Below, one piece after another: positions 40,442 through 50,587 of a DNA stretch of 64,000 nucleotides. Numbering within the stretch: position 1 is the stretch's first letter; each line of letters starts with the position of its first letter. This DNA comes from Candidatus Eiseniibacteriota bacterium (GTDB taxonomy: Bacteria > Eisenbacteria > RBG-16-71-46 > CAIMUX01 > VGJL01). Made by a program: the position numbers and the translations under genes. A model generated the notes under the pieces. The model ran no database searches. It worked only from the letters and a program-made list of their open reading frames with translations, and was not told the origin of the DNA. The stretch is from NCBI GenBank assembly GCA_963792585.1, contig CAWBWI010000002.1, forward strand, positions 1-64,000, written 5' to 3'.

Positions 40442-41856
40442 ATGAAAAGGTACGAGGGGCGGTGCGGGTCCGACCGCAGGAGTTCGCGCGTGCTCCTGGG
40501 CTCGACTCTCGCCGTCCTCGTTTCTTTTCGCCATGCTTTGGATGGACTATCGGCGGTCGCGTTGGGTTCGAGGTGGACGGCCTCGGGGAACGATTCCAAT
40601 CGTCCGGGCTCTTCGACGAGCGGGTGGGTGAAGACGGCACGATCGAGGAGATCCTCGAGATGCGGCCGGTCGTCTCGAAAACGGCCACGACGCTCGGACT
40701 CCTCGAGACGCGCCTGGACTCGGGAACACTCGGGCGCGCCTCCGTCAGCTTCAGCAACCTCGCGCACGTAGGCGTCCAACGCGCCCGAAACACCCTTCGT
40801 TCCGAATTCAGCTTTCGGGGAGCGCTCAACCGGGTCCGACTGGACGCGGAATGGGACGCGCATATGGGAAAGAAAGAGCCGGTGGCGGGATCGAGCGCCT
40901 TCCTGACGAGCACTTGGGACCGCAGCCGCCTTCCACTCGGGCTTCGATCGCAGCTGCGCCTCGCCGCAGATTGGTCCCACACAGATCGGAAGGAGCTAGC
41001 GCCAATCCTCGAGTCGAGGGCGCTGCGCGGACATCTTCAACTTCGCCATGATCTCGGCTCCAGCGGTGAGATCCGAGGCCTCGCCGGATTCCGCCACAAG
41101 GATGCGCTCGGTTCCACCGTGGGCACCTACGATGCGTGGTTCGGCGAGCTCGAGACGGATGCGGGCGGCGGCACCCGACAGCGGATCGACATCCTCTCCC
41201 GCGTGGAGGATCGCACCTACGTCGCCGACACCCTCGGAATTCCGTCGTCCCGGCTCTACGAGCTGTCGACCCGCTACGAGCGCCGGCTGGCCCCCGCGGC
41301 GCGTCCATACGTGGAGCAGGAGTTCGAATGGCAGGACTACCGCGGTCCCTCGGAGATCTTCCGCGACCACCGCCAGTGGAAGCTCGAGACCGGCACCGAC
41401 CTCTTCCGGAACGGCCTGCGCGACTCCGGCGATGGGGAGGATGATGGACTTCGCCCCGATTTCCGGGTGCGGCTGGGTGGCCAGTTCGAACTCTTCCGTT
41501 CCGATCAGGCCGAATCGGACAGCCTCTCCTTCGACTCCACCTATGACAGCTATGGGGCGATCTTGGGTCTGGCGCGCGAGGGGAGTGAGAGTTTCTGGTT
41601 CGATGTCGGGCTCCGTGCAGGGCGCCGGGAGTATCGCAACGGACCCGGCTCCGCCGGACTTGTCTTCGAGGGACTCAACCTCAGTCTGGCATCGAGCGAC
41701 TACACGTATCTTCGTGCGTCCCTCCTGCTGGAGTGGATCCCGGAATCCTGGATCCGCACCGAGGCGCTCCTCCAGTGGGACGAGGAACTCCACGACAAGA
41801 GCGAGGACGACTTCCGGCTCTGGATCGTCAATGTTTCTGTGACCCATCCATTCTGA
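40442..41856 (+). CDS. Outer-membrane beta-barrel protein (probable frameshift near 40530)
   Basis: Amphipathic beta-strands; ends WIVNVSVTHPF; signal-like N-terminus in the frame starting 40442. Confidence 0.65.
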
Positions 41857-41937
41857 ACTCCGACCGCTCCCAATGGGAGGGATCGGTGCGCGCCGGGTCT
41901 GGCGCCGGCGCAACGGGAGGCCTAAGCTCTGGCGCGC

Positions 41938-42870
41938 ATGGCGGGATTCCGGCGATTCATCCTCCAAGATCTCGGGACCAAGGTGTTGGCCTTGATCCTC
42001 GCGCTCGCTGTCTATGTGCACGTCTTCTCCGGCCAGGAGCGGGAGATGAGCTATCATGTGCCGCTCCAGTTGAGTCAGCCGCCCGCGGGGCTCAGCTTCA
42101 CGGGGGACATTCCGCGTGAGATCAAGATCCGGATTCATGCGCCCGGGAAGGAGTTGCTGAGACTCCGAACGCGGCGCTTCCACGCTGAGATCAAGCTCGA
42201 CGCGGCCCACGTGGGCACGCTCCAGCGCCCCATTCTCGGCTCGGACGTCAAGTTGCCGTGGGCGATCCGCGGCGCGACCGTCGAAGTGCTCGAGCCCCAG
42301 TCCTTGGAGCTCACGATCGAGCGGACCGCGACCGCGAAGCTTCCCATTGCCGTTCGAATGAGCGGGGAGTTACCGACCGACCGGGCCCTGGCTTCCATGC
42401 CCCGTTCCGAGCCGGCGACGGTTCGCGTGTCGGGTCCGTCATCGCTTCTTGCCGTCGCCGAGTCGGTTCTCACCGAAGCCGTAGACCTGACCGACGTTCG
42501 GGAGAAGCGCGAGTTCGAAGCGCGCCTCGCCGTTCCCCGGGGACTGACCCTCGAGACCGATCGAGTCCACGTGACTCTCGATGCGGTGGAGAAGCGGGTT
42601 CGGAGCACCGGGCCGGTGAAGATCGAACTCATCCAGGCGCAAGGCGCCGCGAGTCTGCGGTCCGACCCCGAGTTTGCTGCGGTTCTACTCAGCGGCCCGG
42701 TCGTTGGCCTCGATGGGGTCGACCTGCGGGCCGTCCGCATCCTGGCCGAACCTCGACGGGCCAATCCCAAGACCCAGCGGGTCCCGCTCCGAGCTCTCGT
42801 GCCGGGCCTCCGGCCGCATTCTACGGTCCGCATCCTGTGCGATCCGGAGAGCGTGATCGTCCATCCCTGA
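41938..42870 (+). CDS. CdaR/YbbR-like domain protein
   Basis: N-terminal KVLALILALAVYVHV anchor; repeated P..V.VSGP.S YbbR-type units; TEAVDL. Confidence 0.78.
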   Translation: MAGFRRFILQDLGTKVLALILALAVYVHVFSGQEREMSYHVPLQLSQPPAGLSFTGDIPREIKIRIHAPGKELLRLRTRRFHAEIKLDAAHVGTLQRPILGSDVKLPWAIRGATVEVLEPQSLELTIERTATAKLPIAVRMSGELPTDRALASMPRSEPATVRVSGPSSLLAVAESVLTEAVDLTDVREKREFEARLAVPRGLTLETDRVHVTLDAVEKRVRSTGPVKIELIQAQGAASLRSDPEFAAVLLSGPVVGLDGVDLRAVRILAEPRRANPKTQRVPLRALVPGLRPHSTVRILCDPESVIVHP

Positions 42871-42931
42871 CCTCCGCCGGGCAACCTGCTTTGCAGGATG
42901 GAGTTAGTCGAATGAAACCGCACTTTTCGCC

Positions 42932-42960
42932 TTGACACGGATTTTGGGGGTTGTTAGCTT
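42932..42960 (+). promoter_or_regulatory. sigma70 promoter of the HU gene
   Basis: TTGACA-17 nt-TAGCTT with extended TGT. Confidence 0.6.
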
Positions 42961-43050
42961 GGCTCCGCCTGCAAGTGTACGAGTTTACCGCGCTTCCGGC
43001 CGCGCCCCGTCTCGGGACGGTGCGGAGCGCGGAGTTCAAGGAGGATCAGG

Positions 43051-43329
43051 ATGACCAAGGCGGACCTGGTGGATGAGATTGCCGATCGGACCGGGCTGAC
43101 CAAGAAGGATGTGGCCGAAACGGTCGACGAGTTTCTCGAGGCGGTCTCCCGAGCCCTCGTCCAGGGAAAGCACATTGAGATCCGTGGCTTCGGCACGTTT
43201 AAAGTCAAGGATCGCAGACCTCGAATTGCCCGCAACCCGAGGACCGGCGCCCAGGTCCAGGTTCCTCCCCGCCGCGTTCCGGTGTTCAAGGTCTCCAAGG
43301 AGCTCAAGGACAAGGTCGCTACGGTCTAG
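43051..43329 (+). CDS. HU/IHF family DNA-binding protein
   Basis: MTKADLV, IEIRGFGTF, ARNPRTG, PVFK.SK.LK. Confidence 0.95.
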   Translation: MTKADLVDEIADRTGLTKKDVAETVDEFLEAVSRALVQGKHIEIRGFGTFKVKDRRPRIARNPRTGAQVQVPPRRVPVFKVSKELKDKVATV

Positions 43330-43342
43330 CCCCGGTCCCTCC

Positions 43343-44104
43343 ATGCGATCCGTCCGGGCCGGCGACAGACTTCCGTCCCTGGGCGGCTCCGAAGGTGAAC
43401 CCGGACCCGCACGGGATCCGGGGATTCTCTATCTCATTTCGACCCCGATCGGCAATCTCGAGGACATCTCCCTTCGCGCGATCCGTTGCCTCCGCGAGGT
43501 GGACTGGATCGCCGCCGAGGACACCCGCCACACGGGGATCCTCCTGCGGGAGAACGGGATCTCCCGCCCCATGATCTCGTGTCATGCCCACAACGAGCAC
43601 GAGCGGACCCCGCAGCTCGTTTCCCGGCTCAAGGCGGGGGAGACCGGCGCGCTCGTGACCGACGCGGGGACGCCGGGTATCTCGGATCCTGGCTACTTGC
43701 TGGCCCGCGCGGCGCGCGCCGCCGGCATCAAGATCGAGGTGATTCCGGGCCCCTCGGCGGTCCTGACGGCGCTGCTCGCGAGCGGACTCCCGTGCGAGCG
43801 GTTCTGTTTTCTCGGTTACCCTCCACCGAAGGGAGCAGCCCGGGATCGGTTTCTCGCGGAGACTCTGGGCGCCGGAAGGACCGCCGTTCTCTTCGAATCG
43901 CCCCATCGGATTGCCCGTCTCCTCGAGGAACTCGCGAAGATCGATCCGGAGCGCGAGGTCGCCGTCTGCCGCGAGCTGACCAAGAAGTTCGAGGAGGTCC
44001 TTCGGGGCAGCGCCGCGGCGCTCGCCCGCGAACTCGCGGCGAAGCCGCGTCGCGGAGAGTTCACGGTCGTGATCGCGCACCGCAAGGAAGGGGATCATGC
44101 CTAG
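43343..44104 (+). CDS. rsmI: 16S rRNA C1402 2'-O-methyltransferase
   Basis: TPIGNLEDIS.RA, AEDTRHT, DAGTPGISDPG, FESPHR, RELTKKFEE. Confidence 0.95.
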   Translation: MRSVRAGDRLPSLGGSEGEPGPARDPGILYLISTPIGNLEDISLRAIRCLREVDWIAAEDTRHTGILLRENGISRPMISCHAHNEHERTPQLVSRLKAGETGALVTDAGTPGISDPGYLLARAARAAGIKIEVIPGPSAVLTALLASGLPCERFCFLGYPPPKGAARDRFLAETLGAGRTAVLFESPHRIARLLEELAKIDPEREVAVCRELTKKFEEVLRGSAAALARELAAKPRRGEFTVVIAHRKEGDHA

Positions 44105-44705
44105 CCGATCGCTGAAGGAGACGACGCGCGCGCTGGCTCTCCCGCTCGGAAGGGGACTTGCGCGCATCGGTTTCACCGCGAACGGCGTTACCCTCATCGG
44201 TCTCCTGTTCGCCTTTGCCGCGGCGGTCGCGATCGCGCGCGACTCGCGGGCCCTCGGGCTCGTCTGCATCGGTGTCAGTTCGCTGTGCGATCTTCTCGAC
44301 GGAGCCGTGGCCCGCGCGGCCACGGGAGGATCGTCGTTCGGCGCCGCGCTCGATTCGGTCGTGGACCGTCTCGGAGAGGCGGCGATCATGGCCGGCGTTC
44401 TGGTCGGGGCCCTCCATCAAGGCGCGCAGGAACGCTACGTCTGGATCTGGTCGGCCGCCCTGACAGCCTCGTTCCTCATCTCCTACGTTCGCGCCCGCGC
44501 GGAGGGGTTGGGCATGCGTTGTGAAGTCGGTCTTCTCGAGCGTCCCGAACGACTCGGATTCCTCGCGATCCTGGCGCTCGTCGGCCCGCGATGGGGCGAG
44601 TGGGTCCTCGCCATCCTGGCCGTCCTCGGAACGTTCACGGTGTTTCAGAGACTCCTGCACGTGCGCAGGCTCTCGCGCGAACGCGGAGCGGGGACCGGAT
44701 CGTGA
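44097..44705 (+). CDS. CDP-alcohol phosphatidyltransferase (phosphatidylinositol-phosphate synthase-like)
   Basis: DLLDGAVAR..G..FGA.LDS..DR..E; SYVRARAEGLG; GLLERPER. Confidence 0.88.
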   Translation: MPSRSLKETTRALALPLGRGLARIGFTANGVTLIGLLFAFAAAVAIARDSRALGLVCIGVSSLCDLLDGAVARAATGGSSFGAALDSVVDRLGEAAIMAGVLVGALHQGAQERYVWIWSAALTASFLISYVRARAEGLGMRCEVGLLERPERLGFLAILALVGPRWGEWVLAILAVLGTFTVFQRLLHVRRLSRERGAGTGS

Positions 44706-45358
44706 CCCGCCCGCGAGGATCCCGCGGAATCTTCCTCACCTTCGAGGGGATCGAGGGGTGCGGGAAGTCGACCCAGATCCTGAAGCTGGCCGAGTTCTTT
44801 CGCGCCCGCGGGCGTTCCGTTCTGACCGTGCGCGAGCCGGGGGGCACCGAACTAGGCGAGTCGCTTCGGACGATCCTGCTCGCGGTCGGGGGAGAGGGGA
44901 TCGATCCGCGCGCCGAGCTCTTTCTCTACCTCGCCTCGCGCGCCCAACTCGTCGAGCGGGTGGTTCGGCCCGCGCTCGAGGCGGGTACGGTCGTTCTCGC
45001 GGACCGCTACGGCGACGCTTCGGTCGCCTATCAGGGCGGCGGGCGCCGACTCGGGCCGGCGGAGGTCGGCAAGCTCGTGACCTTCGCAACCCGCGGCCTC
45101 GTCCCCTCGAGAACCTATCTGATCGATCTTGCGCCCGAGGTCAGCCTCGCGCGGGTCCGTTCGCGCGGCGTGCCGGATCGGCTCGAGGCCGAAGAGCTTC
45201 CATTCCATCGGAGGGTGCGCGCCGCGTATCGTGCGATCGCCCGCGCGGAGCCCGGGCGGGTGCGCCGCATCGATGGGACCCGCTCGGTCGACGAGATCGC
45301 CGGGCGAATCCAACGCGACGTCGCCGCCCTCATCGCCCGATCCCCGCGTCGCGCCTGA
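44702..45358 (+). CDS. tmk: Thymidylate kinase
   Basis: FEGIEGCGKSTQ, REPGGT, DRY..ASVAYQG.GR, DRLE. Confidence 0.95.
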   Translation: MTRPRGSRGIFLTFEGIEGCGKSTQILKLAEFFRARGRSVLTVREPGGTELGESLRTILLAVGGEGIDPRAELFLYLASRAQLVERVVRPALEAGTVVLADRYGDASVAYQGGGRRLGPAEVGKLVTFATRGLVPSRTYLIDLAPEVSLARVRSRGVPDRLEAEELPFHRRVRAAYRAIARAEPGRVRRIDGTRSVDEIAGRIQRDVAALIARSPRRA

Positions 45359-45375
45359 AAGAGGAGGACTCGAAG

Positions 45376-46590
45376 ATGCGCGGGTACATCGATCTCTGGA
45401 CCGGTCTTTCGGGCGACATGATGGTCGGCGCGCTTCTCGATGCCGGCTGGCCGGAGGGGGCGATGCGGGCCGTACTCGACCAGATCCCGCTAAGGGATGC
45501 GCGCGTCACCGTCGAGATGCGCAAGCAGCACTCGCTCCACGGCAAGGGCATCCGTGTGGAAGCGCAGGGAGAGCCTCCCGCGCGGCCGTATTCCGAGATT
45601 CGACGGCTTCTCGCGACCTCCGGCCTCGAACCCGCAGTTCGGACGAAGACGCTGGAGATGTTCCACCGCCTGGCGGTGGTCGAAGGGCGCATGCACGGCT
45701 GCGAGCCCGATCAGGTCCACTTCCACGAACTGGGCGCGATCGACTCGATCGTGGACATCGTGCTCACGGTGGCCGGCCTTGCTGGGCTCGGGATCGACGA
45801 GCTCTTCTGCGGTCCCGTACCGTTGAGTCGCGGGGAGATCACCACTGCTCACGGGAAACTCCCGGTTCCCACGCCCGCCACCCTGCTCCTTCTCGAGGGA
45901 TTGCCGATCCGCTGGCTGGAGATCGAGGGCGAGTGGCTGACCCCCACGGGCGCTCTGATCCTCGCGGGGCTGGTCGATCGGTTCGGTCCTCCTCCCGAAA
46001 TGCGTCTGCGCGCGGTCGGGATCGGGGCTGGAACCCGCCACTCTCCCGATCGAGCCAACATCGTTCGGCTGCTCCTCGGCGAGGACGAAGCCCCGGCGAC
46101 CGAGAGTATCGGGTGGGTCTCGGTGCTCGAGGCGACGATCGACGACCAGGATCCCCGGCACGAGGCGGAGGCGGTCCAGCGGATCGAGGAGGCGGGCGCC
46201 CTGGATGTTCACCGAATCCCGGTATCGATGAAGAAGGGGCGTCTCGGGACCCTCTTCACGGTGATCTGCCGGCCCGACCAAGAACAGATGATCGGTACCA
46301 TCCTCTTGCGGGAAACCACGTCCCTGGGCATCCGCATCCGGCGAGAGTTCCGACGCGAACTCGAGCGCTGGACCCGGACGGTCTCGACCCCGTTCGGCCC
46401 CGTGCGCATCAAGTGGAGTCGCCCGGACGGGAGGGACCGCCCGATGGCGGAGTTCGAGGACCTGCGCGCCCGGGCGGCCGAAGCCGGCGTCCCGATCCGC
46501 GAGGTCGAACGGGCCGCCCTGAGGGAGGCCGAATCCGCAGGCGGTTCGGATCCCACTCCGACCGGAGCTAAGAAGCCCCCAGCGCATTGA
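45376..46590 (+). CDS. larC: Nickel-pincer cofactor biosynthesis protein LarC
   Basis: GLSGDM..GAL.D, VHFHELGAIDSIVDI, HGKLPVPTPA, TPTGA, MKKGR.G, ETTSLGIR. Confidence 0.92.
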   Translation: MRGYIDLWTGLSGDMMVGALLDAGWPEGAMRAVLDQIPLRDARVTVEMRKQHSLHGKGIRVEAQGEPPARPYSEIRRLLATSGLEPAVRTKTLEMFHRLAVVEGRMHGCEPDQVHFHELGAIDSIVDIVLTVAGLAGLGIDELFCGPVPLSRGEITTAHGKLPVPTPATLLLLEGLPIRWLEIEGEWLTPTGALILAGLVDRFGPPPEMRLRAVGIGAGTRHSPDRANIVRLLLGEDEAPATESIGWVSVLEATIDDQDPRHEAEAVQRIEEAGALDVHRIPVSMKKGRLGTLFTVICRPDQEQMIGTILLRETTSLGIRIRREFRRELERWTRTVSTPFGPVRIKWSRPDGRDRPMAEFEDLRARAAEAGVPIREVERAALREAESAGGSDPTPTGAKKPPAH

Positions 46591-46594
46591 CTGG

Positions 46595-46623
46595 TTGACA
46601 GTTCCAGGGTGCGTTCCTATACT
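46595..46623 (+). promoter_or_regulatory. Near-consensus sigma70 promoter
   Basis: TTGACA-17 nt-TATACT. Confidence 0.8.
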
Positions 46624-47053
46624 CCTAGCAGGCTGACCTACCAGACAGGGCTCTAGAGGACATCTCGAGAAAGACTTCTGTGGAGCAAACGGTCCCCCCA
46701 TCCAGGCAGAGCGGAATCCTGCCGTTGAGCAGGCGTCCGCGGAATGCCGACCGGAACCGTCCCGGCACGCAGTGCGACGCGCTGCTCACCGGGACTTGGG
46801 ACTGATCCGAGAGCCAGTCGTTCCGATTTCCGTCGAGGAGAACGGGTACGATACCGGGGAGGTGATGCGAGTCCGTTGCATCGGTACGTGAGGGGAGGAT
46901 GAGGACGCGGACCCGGGTGTCGTCAAAACCCAAAATCCCGTTCTACCATCGTCCCCACCACTTAGGATGTTCGCGCGGAGGATCTGCTTCCCACTAGCAG
47001 CGAGAGGCGGAACCCTCTGAAGTTCACTCAAGGAGAGACGGAGGCACGTTATC

Positions 47054-50000
47054 ATGAGGCGTACTCTTCCCATCTTGATCGGCCTTTTGGTCGTGACAGT
47101 GGTCTCTGCCTTCGCGGCGGTCTCGGGGAACCTGATTCTCCCTCGGGAACGCGCGCATATGAAGGGCGAGCTCTGGAACGATATTCCGGTCAACAATACG
47201 ACGGGGGTTCGCGCTGATACGGTTTGGTACGGCGACTACCAGATCATCGGCGGCGAATACTATGCCCGTTCGCTCTTGAACGATAAGAACGGTATCAAGT
47301 GGACCTTTGACCGCGGGAATGGCCCGATTAACCCGCCCGCCCCTCTCATCCACAATGGTGAGGGTTTCGTGAGGCGCGACCTGACGGCGAACACCGCGAC
47401 CTACTTCCGGGTCATCGACAACACGCTGAACCTGGGTGTCGGCGTTCCGGCGCCGATCATCACAGGCTCCAGGAGCCTCTGGGTCGGCGCGGACAAGCCG
47501 CAGGCGGATGCGCTCTGCTGGACCTGCGGCGCCGGCTACGGCAACGCTTGGTGTCAGCGCGTCAGTTCGCCGCCGCTTGCCTACAACGGCACCGGCGACG
47601 TGAACCTGAGCTTCAAGTACTTCATCAAGGCCGAGCCGTGCTTCGACGGCACGCAGGTGTACCTGCGGCGCACGGACAACACCGAAGTGCTCCTGAACCC
47701 GTATCCGCCCCAGACGTGCACGAACAACCTGCCGTGGGAAGGGGGCTTCACGGACTCGATCGGTGCCTACAACGCGCCGGCCACCTACACGCGGTCGATC
47801 ACCTCGGGTGAAATCGGCGGCGCTCAGAACGTCAGAATCATCTTCGAGTTCCTGTCCGACGGCGGCTGGTCCGACGAGGATGGCGATTACTGCACGATCT
47901 GGGGTCCGATGTCGCTCGATGATCTCTCGATCGTCGGTGGCGGTATCAACGTGACCGAGGGTTGGGAAGGCGGCCTCAACGGCTGGACTCCGGGCCTTTG
48001 CGATCCCGTTGGGGACTATATCAACGTCGTCGACGTGGGTGCCTACACAATCCTCGACCCCTGCGCCTGCAAGCTCGCGGGCAACATCGTCGAAATGCAC
48101 GACGGTCTTGGTGATCAGGGCACTCACCCAGTCACACAGCACGCTTGGATCGAGAGCCCCATCTGCGACCTGGGCAACTCGGATGTGAAGACGATCTTCA
48201 TGGAATTTGACATCTATGGGGAAATTCCAACTGAGGATGGCGTAGCATTCAGGCCAGGCTGGAGTTACTACCCGTTCACCTGCGTTGAGACAGGCGTGCA
48301 GGGCTGGTCGGGCCGTGTGGGACAGAACACCTACAACTACATCGGCGCCGACCCGGTCTGCTATACCGCTCGTTACGGCGGCACCGACCTCGGAATCGCG
48401 GGCACGCCGGTTCCGAACACCTCCCGGTACGTTCGGTTGATCATGGAGTTGCTATCTGACTGCGCTGCCTTCACGATCGATCCGTGCTCGAACGTCACCA
48501 ACAAGACCCCGCTCTTCGACAACTTTGCGGTGGGTGTGACCACGGGTCGGCTCGCGCCAATCATCAACTTCGATACCGGCGGAACGTTCCAGGACGTGGG
48601 TTCCTACCCGAGCACCGCGTTCGATCCTCGCGCCGCCGGTCCGGCCAACATCACCCGTGATACGTACATGGACAATGCCGCGAAGCCCGATCTCTGCGGA
48701 GACAGCCTCATCGTCACGGGTCCGATCCCCTCGCCCTCCGATCCGAACACCCGCTGGGACGCTCGGATGTGGTGGCGCGTGGCGAAGCGGTCTCCGTTCA
48801 ACTCCGACCGGGCGAACAACGCCGACACCCGGTACAAGACCTGGAAGGACAGGGTCGCCGACGGCAAGCTGATCGACCGTCCGTACAGGCCGCAGTTCAC
48901 ATTCGGCTGGATGGACTCTCAGCAGGTCGGATTCGTGGTCACCCGGAACAACGTTCATCTCCACGTTCCGCGAGAACGACGATGACTTCGTTGCCGAGGG
49001 GAACCCCGAAACGAGATGATCTCGGACGATGTTCTGTTCCGGGCAGCCGGATCGAGTACTTCTTCACCTCGAACTACTTCGCGACCCCGAACAACCTCTA
49101 CTACCTGCCGGACACGACGGGCGGGAACTTCTTCGAGTTCGAGGTTCTGCCGGGTGTCGGACCGCGAACGTGAACGTGCGGCGGCACAGGATTCAACTAC
49201 TGCGCCTTCCATCCGGCGACGCTCTTCATCGACGCCCGAAATTCCGGCGTGCAGTTCTTCATCGAGAACGCTCTGCGGACGATCTTGAACGGTATCGATC
49301 CGTGCCTCGAAGAGGATGGATGCATGATTCCGTACGACCGGAACTGGGACCGTTACGACGTGCTCGACGGCTCCTCGAACTGGAACGCCGGATTTGCGCG
49401 CGGCGCCGTCGCTGGCAGCAACAACGGAATGACCCTGAACCAGATCCTCGGCTACAGGGCCATCCTGCTCAGCACGGGTGACTACGGTGGCGGAGCCATG
49501 GAAGAGACGGACTACCAGCTGTTCGACCAGTGGCTGATCTCCCCGCTCTGCAACTCGAACGTCAACCGCCAGGTCTTCGTCTTCAACGGAGACAAGGTGG
49601 GTGAGGTTCTGAGAACCCCTTGGTCACTCGGCTACGGTCTGTCGTTCCTGAACAACACGCTCGCCGCGACGCTCTTCTGCGACGCGTTCAACGGAGTGTC
49701 CTCGGACCCCGATTGCGCGCCTCCGACGACGGAGCTACTGCGTGCGCTTGCTCCAGACGGGCGGTTCGTTCCCGACCCAGATCGACGTGGATGCGTACGG
49801 CAGCTGGTGCCCGAACCTCTACGGGTTCAACGTCTACGACTTGCAGGGTGGCACGGGCAACCGGTCTACCTCACCGAAGAGGGCGACAAGTCGCGGTCTA
49901 CGGGCAGGTCACGAACACCAACGTCCCTTCGAACTATCGCACGGTGCTCGACGGTGTGAGCTGTCACCACATGACGCGGCGGAATGCGGGCGGCAGCGGT

Positions 50001-50468
50001 CTCGACAAGTGCCCGCGGGATACCCCGTCCGTCGTGGCCGGTTCGTTGAGTGAAATCGGTGCGGCGATGAAGTGGGGCTTCGATGTCGCCGACTACGGCG
50101 GCATCCCGAAGCTGACCAGCGTGAAGGTTCTGGCGACGTGCCAGAGCACGTGGGGTCTGCCTGCGGACGTCGGCGACAACGCGTCGACCTTGGTGAACCG
50201 TCTCTACCAGAACGAGCCGAACCCGTTCAGCCCGAGGACGACGATCAAGTTCAGCCTGGCCCAGAGCGGTCCGGTGCAGGTCTTGATCTACGACGTCAAC
50301 GGGCGGCAGGTGAAGACGCTCGAGGACGGCAACCTTGCCGCCGGTCCTCACACGCTGGTCTGGGACGGCACCAACAACGACGGCCATCACGTCGGTTCGG
50401 GTGTCTACTGGAGCCAGATGAAGGCCGGCTCGTTCGTCTCCAACAAGAAGATGGTCGTCCTGAAGTAG
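47054..50468 (+). CDS. Large Cys-rich secreted protein with C-terminal FlgD-Ig/T9SS-like domain (several frameshifts 48950-49900)
   Basis: Signal peptide; coding-like segments in ORFs 47054, 48769, 49249, 49742 and 49620 join up. C-terminus QNEPNPFSPRTTIKF...IYDVNGRQVKTL...WDGTN..G..VGSGVY. Confidence 0.8.
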
Positions 50469-50494
50469 GACCATTCTCTTGTCGAACGCACTGG

Positions 50495-50521
50495 GGCCCC
50501 CGGCGCAAGCCGGGGGCCTTC
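50495..50521 (+). terminator. Rho-independent terminator
   Basis: GGCCCCCGGC-GCAA-GCCGGGGGCC, a perfect 10-bp stem followed by TTC. Confidence 0.75.
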
Positions 50522-50587
50522 GTGCTGGGGCGCTCCAACCGAATCTCGCGTTGACTTCGGCCGTAGGCTTGTGACCTGCTATCGGGC

